Shown: positions 41,460 to 50,433 of the stretch, piece by piece | Numbering within the stretch: the first letter of the stretch is position 1 | Layout: each line of letters begins with the position of its first letter | DNA from: Thermodesulfobacteriota bacterium | Lineage (GTDB): Bacteria > Desulfobacterota_D > UBA1144 > Nemesobacterales > UBA2774 | DNA: 64,000 bases | NCBI GenBank assembly: GCA_963422265.1 | Contig: OY729416.1 | Coordinates: 224,001-288,000 of the forward strand | Direction: 5' to 3' | Program-made: the position numbers and the translations under genes | The notes under the pieces: model-generated | Seen by the model: the letters and a program-made list of their open reading frames with translations, nothing else | What the model was told of the DNA's origin: nothing | Database searches by the model: none

Positions 41460-42622
41460 AATTACACGATTTCGTCGAATATCTGTGTTGTCCCGTGACC
41501 GGAAGTGCACTCTATCTCACCCCCTCTTCCCCGATGGAGCGAGAACAACTTGTCCCGATACCGCGTAAAGGTCAGAATGCGCAGCCATTCGGAGTAAGTG
41601 AACAGGTGCTGACTCTCAAGCACGATCCATCCATCCATTATCCGGTGGTGGACGGGATTCCTGTCCTGCTCGGACCCGAAAGACTTGTGCCCACCGACAG
41701 CCCGCTGTCCCGGTGCCCGGTTGTAGATCTTCATGACCCGATGTATAGAGAAGCCTATGAAGAGAGTGAGGTCTACAACGCAGTCGTCAAAGCGAAAATG
41801 CTCGAACTTGCGCACGATTGCACGGATGACGTGGACTACATGGAAGGGCTAGCAGGACAAAAGGATATCGCTTCTGTTGCTCTGAGCTTTCCCGAACCCG
41901 CCGATATCTGGCTCGAAGTCGGATACGAGCCGGGAGGTCTGTTCGAGGCGTACCGATATCTGGCACCGGTCGACGGCAAGACGGTTATGCAAGTCGGAGG
42001 TACGGGCGCGCACGCGGTCAAGCTGCTGCTGGCAGGCGCGAGGAGCGGGTTCCTGTTAACGCCGATGCTGGATGAGGCGCGATATGCAATGCGCCTGGCG
42101 GAGGTTTTTGGCGTCCGCGACCGGTTCGCCTCCGTTGTCGGAGTCGGTGAGCAGATTCCGTTCAGAGGCGACTTATTCAATTTGGTCTGTTCTTTCAGTT
42201 GTCTCCATCATATGCGCCTTGAACATGTGGCGGGTGAATTGCACCGGGTGCTCAAAGAAGGTGGGAAGTTCGCGAGCGTCGATCCATGGAAGACGCTCCT
42301 GCACACCATCGGCACGGCGGCGCTCGGCAAGCAGGATTCATCGGTATATTGTCGGCCCATCACGGCAAAACGGATGGCGGAGATGAGAGAATGGTTCCCG
42401 GATATAACTGTCGGCCGGCACGGACCGTTGCTTCGGTATCTGTGTCTGGGATTGGAAAAGTTGAGCGGAGGTAGATTTTTTCCACGGAGCAACAGAAAAT
42501 ACCAGAAGATGCTGATGCGCATTATGCGCGCCGACGATGCCCTGGGTCGGTTCATCGGCTTGAAAGGCGGCATTATTGTCATGATGGGCACAAAATCAGC
42601 GCTGTCACCGAATCACTCCTGA
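41456..42622 (+). CDS. Class I SAM methyltransferase with Trm112-like N-terminus
   Basis: LCCPVTG...YPVVDGIPVLL; MQVGGTG, GEQIPF...FNLV...LHH, HRVLKEGG. Confidence 0.8.
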   Translation: MKLHDFVEYLCCPVTGSALYLTPSSPMEREQLVPIPRKGQNAQPFGVSEQVLTLKHDPSIHYPVVDGIPVLLGPERLVPTDSPLSRCPVVDLHDPMYREAYEESEVYNAVVKAKMLELAHDCTDDVDYMEGLAGQKDIASVALSFPEPADIWLEVGYEPGGLFEAYRYLAPVDGKTVMQVGGTGAHAVKLLLAGARSGFLLTPMLDEARYAMRLAEVFGVRDRFASVVGVGEQIPFRGDLFNLVCSFSCLHHMRLEHVAGELHRVLKEGGKFASVDPWKTLLHTIGTAALGKQDSSVYCRPITAKRMAEMREWFPDITVGRHGPLLRYLCLGLEKLSGGRFFPRSNRKYQKMLMRIMRADDALGRFIGLKGGIIVMMGTKSALSPNHS

Positions 42623-42833
42623 TCCGGAACACTAATGCTCCGAGTCTCTGAAAATATGGTAGAAAACGAAAGCAGGAAGCCAGGGATGGGTGGTCCCTTA
42701 TAGCTACATATTTGGGATGTATCTGTGGATTCTTTTGAATTAGACCTGTGGAGCAGTTCATATTGTTCTCTTTGACTTTAATTAACTTGTGTTTTAAACT
42801 ACCCTAATACTATGAGCCGTAGTGTGAAGCACC

Positions 42834-43208
42834 ATGAAGTTTGTTGATTACTTCTACTTGGTTCTGATGCCTCTTCTATTGTCCGCCGGGCAGGTTCTGT
42901 TCAAGAGTACATCTGGTGTCTTAGATGCTCATTCGTCATACCGATTTTTCGTCTCGCTGCTTGGCAGTCCACATTTCTGGGCTGCCCTGTGTGTTTATGG
43001 AGCGGCTACGTTGCTGTGGGTGTTTATCTTGTCCCGCGTGCCTCTGAGCAGGGCAATGCCTTTCGTTGCCCTGACTTTTATTATCGTTCCTATTATCAGT
43101 GCAGTGTTTTTCGGCGAACGGTTGAACCTCATGTATTGGTTCGGCGTCTTCGTGATCGTGGTCGGCGTGTATATTACGGTCGCCGCGCAAGGCAAGGTTA
43201 CTGTATAG
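42834..43208 (+). CDS. Small DMT/EamA-type transporter (ArnE/F-like, possible lipid-carrier flippase)
   Basis: Four TMs, GQVLFK, LSRVPLSRAMP, FFGE. Confidence 0.8.
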   Translation: MKFVDYFYLVLMPLLLSAGQVLFKSTSGVLDAHSSYRFFVSLLGSPHFWAALCVYGAATLLWVFILSRVPLSRAMPFVALTFIIVPIISAVFFGERLNLMYWFGVFVIVVGVYITVAAQGKVTV

Positions 43209-43384
43209 GAGGCTTTAGTAATAATAGAGACTAATAGTGTAAGATGTTTCAATATAGATCGGTTCACGGAGTTGTTGGCGCTACGGGGCAAGCTTTCTCT
43301 TCTGCGCCTTGCCAGCAACAACTTCTCTAACAACATGGCGCCGAGAGCCAGGTTGCCTATGTTGTTCCGCATGAGCTGCGGCGT

Positions 43385-44839
43385 GTGCAAAGCACTATTT
43401 GGGCGCGAAGTTCTGGAGCCGGTGGCTTGAGCGCAAAGATTAACCCCACTGGGGCAGGCTCCGCTCCACCGAACCAGCGCTCCAGCGTAACTTCACCCGA
43501 AGCACGATTACTCGGCAACAAGTCCGAACCTGCGGCTCGCGAGGTCGCCCTGGTGTTTGGGACCCGCGTCGGCGTTTACACAATAGCACTTCTCAGTCAG
43601 AGCTTACTTGCCTACCTTCTCTTGCCTGCCGGTCGCGGCGAATATGCAGTATGCGTTGCATTCGCTAGTATGCTCGGAGTGGTCTTCGCAGTCAGCACTG
43701 CTAATGGCGCCCAGTATTTCGCAGTGGCTGGACGGATCAGCCTGTCGAAATGTTTGTGTGGGGCGTTCGGCGTCTGCCTTGTCGGAAGCATCGTTGCGAC
43801 GGCCGTGGCGCTGCCACTAATCCATAGCGATGTGACTTTCTTTCAGAAGGCGGAGACTGGCTCGTTCCAGCTTGCGTTGTTGCTGGTGCCACTCATCTGC
43901 GTTTCTTATGCCGCCGAGCTCCAGATCGCCGGGCTTAGACGCTTCGCTCTGCTGGCGCGATTTCTGTTGCTTCAGTCCTTCACTTTGGTGGTGGGAGTCG
44001 TGGTGTTAGTCTGGGTATTCGACCAGGGGGTGAATGGTGCTATTCTCGCTCTGATTGCAAGCTACATCGTCAAGCTGGCGTGCTGTGTCTGGGATCTATG
44101 CAGAGCCTGCGGACTGAAGTTTGAGATGCCATCCGTTTCCGAGCTTCGCCACGTTGTTGGATACGGTATCCGGTATCACATCGCTCAGGTCGGAAACGAA
44201 ATCGAACCACGCATCGGAGTGTTTGTACTGGGCTTGTTGGCTGGCCGGGTGGACATCGGGCTGTTCGCCGCCGCTAGCACAATCATGCTTCGCTTGGGAT
44301 TCCTGCCCAGTTCGGTCGCGCCGGTGTTGTTTCCGCGCGTGGCAAAGGACCCGGCTAAGTCAATGGAGGCGCTCGGGTATTCCCTGCGTCTGGTTTGCCT
44401 GCCCACCGCAATGGTGGTTGTGGTATTTCTGGCTATTAGTGAGCCCGTGATCCGCATACTACTCTCCGAGGCATTCGTCCCTGTGGTTCCGTTGCTGTGG
44501 ATAATGTCGCCGGGCATTGTCGCCTATGCTGCGTCTAACATATTCATAGCCTATTTCACCGGTAACGACCGGCCGGGCGTTTGCTCCTCAGCTTTGTGGC
44601 TGAGCTTAGTCGTCAATGTAGCGACCTGTTTTGCGCTGTATCCAACCCTAGGCATCCGCAGCATTGCCTGGGCGATGACCATCGGGTTGATTGCTCGGTT
44701 CGTGTTTGTCGCCATAGTGTTCCACCGCGCCACCGGCTTGTCCCTCTGCTCTCTCTGGCTGCCCCGCCGTGGCGACCTAGTTTATCTTAAGAACTCTCTC
44801 TTTGTCGCCGTCTCTGGTATAAGATGGCTGAAGAAGTGA
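43385..44839 (+). CDS. Wzx-type oligosaccharide flippase (true start probably downstream)
   Basis: About 12 TMs, LLPAGRGEYA, IGLFAAA, VLFPRVA. Confidence 0.85.
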   Translation: MQSTIWARSSGAGGLSAKINPTGAGSAPPNQRSSVTSPEARLLGNKSEPAAREVALVFGTRVGVYTIALLSQSLLAYLLLPAGRGEYAVCVAFASMLGVVFAVSTANGAQYFAVAGRISLSKCLCGAFGVCLVGSIVATAVALPLIHSDVTFFQKAETGSFQLALLLVPLICVSYAAELQIAGLRRFALLARFLLLQSFTLVVGVVVLVWVFDQGVNGAILALIASYIVKLACCVWDLCRACGLKFEMPSVSELRHVVGYGIRYHIAQVGNEIEPRIGVFVLGLLAGRVDIGLFAAASTIMLRLGFLPSSVAPVLFPRVAKDPAKSMEALGYSLRLVCLPTAMVVVVFLAISEPVIRILLSEAFVPVVPLLWIMSPGIVAYAASNIFIAYFTGNDRPGVCSSALWLSLVVNVATCFALYPTLGIRSIAWAMTIGLIARFVFVAIVFHRATGLSLCSLWLPRRGDLVYLKNSLFVAVSGIRWLKK

Positions 44840-45014
44840 TACCGTAGTGATTATATAGACAATCATGGTTGGGGGTATATTAAGACAATTGTTTCTTGTT
44901 TCTCCACGATGTTTAATACACTCTGCGACAGTTCCCACAGGAATGATAGCATCTGTGATTCTGGTTCTAATAAGTCTATTACCTTTTTAAGCAGTTATGT
45001 GACTGAACTCTCGC

Positions 45015-45240
45015 GTCATTCCCACATTGATCGGGAATCTAGCATCTTAGGTGTATGGGACGAGAAGTTCCTTCTGCCACTCTGACCTATATTCTGAGTG
45101 GATGCGAGGGAGGGATAAAGCAGGGAGATCACACCCCCTGTCATTCCGAGTGGAGCGGAGTGGCATCCCAAGCTTGCCGAGGTGAGGATAGTGGGAGTGA
45201 GTTGCGTTCTGAGTTTGAGAGGGAATGACGGCGGCGGGAA
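45015..45240. repeat. Degenerate REP-like palindromes
   Basis: GTCATTCCCACATTGATCGGGAATCT, GTCATTCCGAG, GGGAATGAC; related motifs recur at about 59790-60140. Confidence 0.55.
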
Positions 45241-45282
45241 CTTCGTTTTAAGTTTTAGGGCTGAATCTCGCGTCTCTCGCAG

Positions 45283-46212
45283 CTAGAATTCCGAAGCTAC
45301 CTCTTTGGCAAAGAGCCTAAGCGTATCGTGATTCATGGGGTCGGAGAAGAAAATCGTGTATTTTCTAATGCCCTTCTTTTCATTCTCTAGTATCTTCTCT
45401 ATGCATTGATCAGGGGTGCCGACAATCCCAAAGCTTGCTATATCTCCAAAGAATCCATAGCGTCTTTGTCCCTTTTCCAACTTTGTTTTCAGTTCAGCTC
45501 CATCCCTTGCGATTACGCATACAGTCTGCTGCGATGTGGCAACATCGTTAATATCTCTGCCCACTTCGCTACAGTGATTTTCAAGAACCTTGAGTTTGTG
45601 GTCATATTCCTGCGCATGATTGGCAGGGCAGTTCCACCCATCCGCAAGCTCGGCTACTAGCCTTAGTAAATGTTTCTCTCCCGCTCCCCCGATTGTGATA
45701 GGCGGATGTGGTTTCTGAATCGGCTTTGGATTACAGTATGCTTCCTTAATTTTGTAATGCTTGCCTTCAAAACTGGGTTTCTCCTCCGTCCACATTGCCC
45801 TTATGATTTTTACAGTTTCAGCGAGTTGATCTATCCTCGTCGGCGTGTTGGGGAATTCATATCCGTAGGCGGCGTATTCTGGCTCAAACCATCCCGCTCC
45901 TATTGCGAACTCTAGCCTTCCCCCACTTATCACGTCAAGGGTTGCCCCCATCTTAGCGAGCAAGGGAGGGGGTCTGAAGGAATTGCAAAGAACCATAGAG
46001 CCGATTCTTACGTTTGACGTCACCGTTGATAGAGCCGACATCAGCGTCCATGCTTCATAAATGTCCAGATCAATCCCACCCATGCCGAGTATATGGTCGT
46101 AGAACCATATGGAATGGTAACCAAGCTCATCACATAACCCTGCGGTTTTTTTTATATCTTCAAAATCGATTTTCTGCTGACGGAGCATTACCCCAAATTC
46201 AATTCTGCTCAT
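45283..46212 (-). CDS. LLM-class (luciferase-like, probably F420-dependent) oxidoreductase
   Basis: WFYDH, EAWTLMSAL, LAKMGATLDVISGGRLE..IGAGW, PIQKPHPPITIGG. Confidence 0.9.
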   Translation of the reverse strand: MSRIEFGVMLRQQKIDFEDIKKTAGLCDELGYHSIWFYDHILGMGGIDLDIYEAWTLMSALSTVTSNVRIGSMVLCNSFRPPPLLAKMGATLDVISGGRLEFAIGAGWFEPEYAAYGYEFPNTPTRIDQLAETVKIIRAMWTEEKPSFEGKHYKIKEAYCNPKPIQKPHPPITIGGAGEKHLLRLVAELADGWNCPANHAQEYDHKLKVLENHCSEVGRDINDVATSQQTVCVIARDGAELKTKLEKGQRRYGFFGDIASFGIVGTPDQCIEKILENEKKGIRKYTIFFSDPMNHDTLRLFAKEVASEF

Positions 46213-46253
46213 TTTTCTCCTTCCCTTTCTTCTTAACCACCTCTTTTCGGCAA

Positions 46254-47078
46254 CTAAGCACTATCCGTGTCTTTCCCAGATATAATGAGATGATTAGATG
46301 CTTTCCCTTCCTCAACCAACCTTAAATAAGTATCAAAGTATTCAATATGATAATGAGTATTCTCTTCACCTTGCTCCTTGGCGATCTCGTCTGAATGCTC
46401 TTTATAGGCGTCTCCCCATCTTTTAACCTGGACCCGAAAGTCGGCTACGTATTCTGTTATCTCTTCAATCTTAAAGCCTGCGGACTCAAGCATCTTTTTA
46501 TAGCTCCCAAGCGAATCATAGTATTGAGGGATAAGATATCCCCTTGCCATTCTGTGTTTTATCTCGTCGTTATTAGGCATCTCAAATGTCCCGCTAAGAA
46601 ACACCCACCGTCCCGAGGGTTTCAGCGTCCTATAGACCTCTTTGAAGAGTCCGATTTTATCCTTGAACACGTTCATTACGTTGAGGCTTATGGCAAGATC
46701 GAACGTATCATTCTCAAAAGGCATGTTCATAGCGTCGCCTAGATAGAATTCCACTCTCTCTTGCATATTGGATTTATTGGCAAGCTTCTTTGACACCTCT
46801 ACTCCTACCTCGTTAATCTCTATACCGCTAATCATGCATCCGGACCTACTCGCTATGTATATGGCTGGTCCGCCTGCCCCGCTTCCTACGTCAAGCACGT
46901 GAGTGCCCTCTTTGATGCCGAGTCTGGGGATCAGCTCATCAAGGTATCGTGGCGTAATAAACGACTGCTGCCCTATATCTTCGTCCTTACCCCAGATTGA
47001 TTCTCTTATGAGTCTATTAGCTGGGCTGTCGAGCTGGTGAAGCTCTGAATAATCCACTCCTATCTGTTTTTCACTCAT
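46254..47078 (-). CDS. Class I SAM-dependent methyltransferase
   Basis: VLDVGSGAGG, GDAMNMPFENDTFD, RTLKPSG. Confidence 0.9.
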   Translation of the reverse strand: MSEKQIGVDYSELHQLDSPANRLIRESIWGKDEDIGQQSFITPRYLDELIPRLGIKEGTHVLDVGSGAGGPAIYIASRSGCMISGIEINEVGVEVSKKLANKSNMQERVEFYLGDAMNMPFENDTFDLAISLNVMNVFKDKIGLFKEVYRTLKPSGRWVFLSGTFEMPNNDEIKHRMARGYLIPQYYDSLGSYKKMLESAGFKIEEITEYVADFRVQVKRWGDAYKEHSDEIAKEQGEENTHYHIEYFDTYLRLVEEGKASNHLIISGKDTDSA

Positions 47079-47287
47079 ATATTGTTAACTCCATTATGGT
47101 TTTCTAAACGTCACCTTATTCTACCGTAGAAATATGGCGTCCTGCAATGGGTTTGTCCGTTTTATCTCTCCTTAATGGGAGTATAGTCCTATGGGAAGAG
47201 CTATATTAGCTTTATTTATTGAATTCTACTTAGGTCTATGTCTCATCTTTTCCAGTTGGTGTTGCGGTTTTTGTTGAGAGTTTGCTC

Positions 47288-48441
47288 CAAGCCCCTCGGG
47301 AGAGGGAATGGGTGAGGGCTTCTCTTCACGTATTACCTCCCCCCCTTGGACACAGGGTCAGGGCACTTCCTTATCTTCTCCCCCTTTAGAGACAGGGACT
47401 AGGGCGCTTCCTTATCTTCTCCCCCTTTAGAGAAGGGGGATACAGGGGGATTTGATAGGGCATCGGGGAACGAACCCCTTCCTTATTATAGTTTGAAAGA
47501 TGGTTTGGCACGATTGGAAAGGGGCGATAGCTCCTGTCTGAGTTGGCTCTTCAGGGTGGTATCCTGAGCGGTCAGCGAGCTGGTTGCACTGTCCCGAGCG
47601 GTTGGTGAACCTGCCGAACCATGTAGAAGCGGGTGAGCTTGTCCAATCCATCTGAACTGTTCAGCTCCCCAGCTCCCCTGAAAACCTTACAAACTTATAC
47701 CTTTTAGCGATTTTCTGGATATTGGAAAGATGGTTTGGCACGGAGTTAAGCCTTTTAAAAACAGAAAACATAATTATTACAGGCTCTTCTTTATCATTTT
47801 CGCCCAATACAAACAAAATCCCCACCAACCACAAAGATTCCCCCGACCACCCATCAGGGCGACCATCCTTCGACAGGCTTAGGACATCGCTTACCAACTA
47901 GAGGCACCCCTACAACCACATCCGTCCTCACTTCGTTTTTCTGAATCCTCTACTCATCCCCCCAAGCATTGCCTCTATTCTTGCCTGCCCCTCCTGCAGC
48001 CCAGACAATCTGGCATCCATAGCCTTTGTCAGTCTTAATCTCCCTAACGTCTTCTCTATATGATCTATCTTCACTCTCAATACGTCTTGCTCAGTCATCC
48101 CCCACCTCCTTTATACCTCATCGTTACCCTGAATTTTCTGTCAAGCTTTTTAAAAAAACTTTATACCTCATTATACCCCAATCATAGCCCATCATTCAAT
48201 CCTAAAAATCCTAGTTCAGACCTCCTTTCCCTCTGAGAGAGGAATACAAGGTGAGGCGCTTCCTTACATACTCCCCCTTTAGAAAAGGGGGATTTAGGGG
48301 GATTTGATCTTTATCCTTCCAATCACAGCTCATCATTCAATCATTCAAATCACAGTTCAGACATCCTTCCTCCCCCTGGGAGAGGGTCAGGGTGAGGGCG
48401 CTTCCTTATCTTCTCCCCCTTTGGAAAAGGGGGATACAGGG
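47288..48441. repeat. Mosaic of REP-like palindromic repeats
   Basis: Several copies of CTTCCTTATCTTCTCCCCCTTTAGAGAAGGGGGATACAGGGGGATT-like, GGGAGAGGGnnnGGGTGAGGG, CCTTCGACAGGCTTAGGAC and AATC...AGTTCAGAC units. Confidence 0.8.
47928..48098 (-). pseudogene. Degraded coiled-coil ORF (56 aa) between REP clusters
   Basis: RBS GAGGTG; MTEQDVLRVKIDHIEKTL...LSGLQEGQARIEAML; weak resemblance to 13802-14176. Confidence 0.35.
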
Positions 48442-48565
48442 AAGCTGTGCTACCCTCTTGATCTCTTCAGTTGTGGATAGCGGGCAGGCTTCAGTCAGTT
48501 ACAATTATTCGGCGGGTCATACACGAGTTCTATCTCGGGATCATGACACACAGAAGGAGGTTCGT

Positions 48566-48724
48566 ATGGCAATAATATTTGCAATAATAGTAACCGTGTT
48601 ATTGATATTCGCATGTATCAGCATCATTCACCTATCTATAGCGTTACTTAATCACGTTATATGTACAGGTACTGATAGGTTATTTAGCAATCGCCGTAGA
48701 GGACGGCAAGGATGGAAACCATAA
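48566..48724 (+). CDS. 52-aa hydrophobic protein with basic tail, encoded inside the CRISPR array
   Basis: AAGGAGGT RBS; MAIIFAIIVTVLLIFACISIIHLSIALLNHVICTGTDRLFSNRRRGRQGWKP. Confidence 0.65.
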   Translation: MAIIFAIIVTVLLIFACISIIHLSIALLNHVICTGTDRLFSNRRRGRQGWKP

Positions 48725-48739
48725 ACTAAGGAGGTTCCA

Positions 48740-48883
48740 ATGAAAGAATATACACTGCAAGAATTTTTAGATGTCTCCATGACAAGACGAGATGGTGACA
48801 TACTCTTCACCTCGGCGACGGGCGAGGATATCCGTATCAGGTTGTGGATAGCGGGCAGGCTTCAGTCAGTTACAATATCATAA
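48740..48883 (+). CDS. 47-aa ORF starting in the long interval and reading through repeat 2
   Basis: AAGGAGGT RBS; MKEYTLQEFLDVSMTRRDGDILFTSATGEDIRIRLWIAGRLQSVTIS. Confidence 0.45.
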   Translation: MKEYTLQEFLDVSMTRRDGDILFTSATGEDIRIRLWIAGRLQSVTIS

Positions 48884-49190
48884 TATGTTGCCGTCCCCCC
48901 CCGCGTGTTGTGGATAGCGGGCAGGCTTCAGTCAGTTACAATATATTCCAATTACGGTTTTGCAACGGGTCGGTTGTGGATAGCGGGCAGGCTTCAGTCA
49001 GTTACAATCAAGTCCCTGACGGGCCAATAGAGCCAAGCGTTGTGGATAGCGGGCAGGCTTCAGTCAGTTACAATCAAGTCCCTGACGGGCCAATAGAGCC
49101 AAGTGTTGTGGATAGCGGGCAGGCTTCAGTCAGTTACAATTGCTTGCTCTCGACTGCCTTGCTGGTAAGGGTTTTAAGCCCCTCAACAAA

Positions 49191-49535
49191 TTAAAAAAGA
49201 GAGATTTGTTGAGGGGCTCCTTCCAATTTCTTCCGTTTTTTTCCATAGAAAACCTGCATTCGTCCAAACTGTTTATCCGTGATAGTAATAATTCTGACCT
49301 CTCCTCTGGGTGGCAATTCATCTCTGACACGCCCCGAGTGGACATAAGCGTTTTCTTCACTTGCGCAATGTCTGGCATATACTGAAAATTGTAACATTAT
49401 AAAACCGTCTTGTATTAGCGACTTTCTGAATTTTCCATAAGAACGCCGATCCTGTTTGGTATCAGTAGGCAGGTCAAACATTACTAATATCCACACTGTT
49501 CTATATCCTCCGAAAGCCACTGTTCTATACCTCAA
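49191..49535 (-). CDS. cas2: CRISPR-associated Cas2 (type II)
   Basis: WILVMFDLPT, FRKSLIQDGFIMLQFSVYAR, ITDKQF. Confidence 0.96.
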   Translation of the reverse strand: MRYRTVAFGGYRTVWILVMFDLPTDTKQDRRSYGKFRKSLIQDGFIMLQFSVYARHCASEENAYVHSGRVRDELPPRGEVRIITITDKQFGRMQVFYGKKRKKLEGAPQQISLF

Positions 49536-50433
49536 GTCTCATCTGTTTATTATCAAGAAGTTGTGGGATCATCAGGGAATCCACGCCATCGGAGAAGGCT
49601 TTTTTCAAACTAGAAGCCGTATGCTGGGTTGCGACCATAAGGGGCAGTTTTCTGGTTTCAAGCAGAACGTCTTCTGATAAGATAGAAAGTAGAGGCATTT
49701 TTGTTCTCTTGTTTAGCTCGGACTTTCCGGCTTCTACCAATTCATAGACTCGTCTGTCAACAAGGGGGCGCAATGGCTCCATAACGTCATCGGCAAGACA
49801 CATAGGATTGTATTGGTTGTGGTGATGGATTCCGAGGGCAGGATGAAGTCCAGTTCCGCATAAAGCCCGCGCTACCGATGCTCTTACTATGCTATATCCA
49901 TAGTTGAGTAGGGAGTTTATTCCTTCCTCTTTATAATTCCTGGTAAAACTTTTGCCAAACAGCGTTATCCAATATACTCTCGCCGCCTGTGATTCTATAT
50001 TTTCAGTATCTCCACTATTAACCCTTTTTTTCATTGGGGGCAGGGAAGTTGGGTCTTTATTAAAGAAAAGCAGGGTTCGGATTTGAGATTCTATTTTAGC
50101 GACAATTATTTTCTGCCAAAGCCTTTTCTTCAAGGGTTTTTTAACTCCTGTTTGTATATTAAGCACTCTACTGTGAACTGAGTTGCCCGAAAGGGGTAGC
50201 AGGACCGAAACCGGAAGATGTTTGTTGTCGCAGAATACTACTATGCAATTGTTGTGCTGACACGAGGCGATAAGGCTTTGGGAAATGGTAATGAAGGGGT
50301 TGGCAAGTATAAGAATTCCCATATCTTCTACGGGAACGCTTTCGTCTTTTTCACCCTCCCTTTTCACAATCATTTGACGGTTTTTCAAGTGAAGATACGC
50401 CGGATTGCTTACTTCAATGATTCGCTTGATCAT
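49525..50433 (-). CDS. cas1: CRISPR-associated Cas1 (type II)
   Basis: SGDTENIESQAARVYW, INSLLNYGYSIVR, LGIHH, LADDVMEP. Confidence 0.97.
   Translation of the reverse strand: MIKRIIEVSNPAYLHLKNRQMIVKREGEKDESVPVEDMGILILANPFITISQSLIASCQHNNCIVVFCDNKHLPVSVLLPLSGNSVHSRVLNIQTGVKKPLKKRLWQKIIVAKIESQIRTLLFFNKDPTSLPPMKKRVNSGDTENIESQAARVYWITLFGKSFTRNYKEEGINSLLNYGYSIVRASVARALCGTGLHPALGIHHHNQYNPMCLADDVMEPLRPLVDRRVYELVEAGKSELNKRTKMPLLSILSEDVLLETRKLPLMVATQHTASSLKKAFSDGVDSLMIPQLLDNKQMRLEV

Larger units (their letters stand above)
48470..49140 (+). CRISPR. Type II-C CRISPR array: 6 identical 36-bp repeats, four 30-bp spacers and one 335-bp interval
   Basis: GTTGTGGATAGCGGGCAGGCTTCAGTCAGTTACAAT at 48470, 48841, 48907, 48973, 49039 and 49105. 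Orientation inferred from tracrRNA complementarity and the terminal TACAAT. Confidence 0.97.

Noticed and set aside
36200-41510. Long Ser-rich minus-strand ORFs
   Set aside because: Antisense shadows of the GC-rich LRR gene.
48506-48840. IS or MITE insertion explaining the long interval
   Set aside because: No terminal inverted repeats, target duplication, transposase fragment or local REP units visible.
48877-49104. Self-targeting or promoter-repressing spacers
   Set aside because: No match to the cas9/tracr promoter region or elsewhere found by eye; short partial matches need a computed search.
48844-49194. 116-aa repetitive ORF
   Set aside because: Translation of 66-bp repeat-spacer units.
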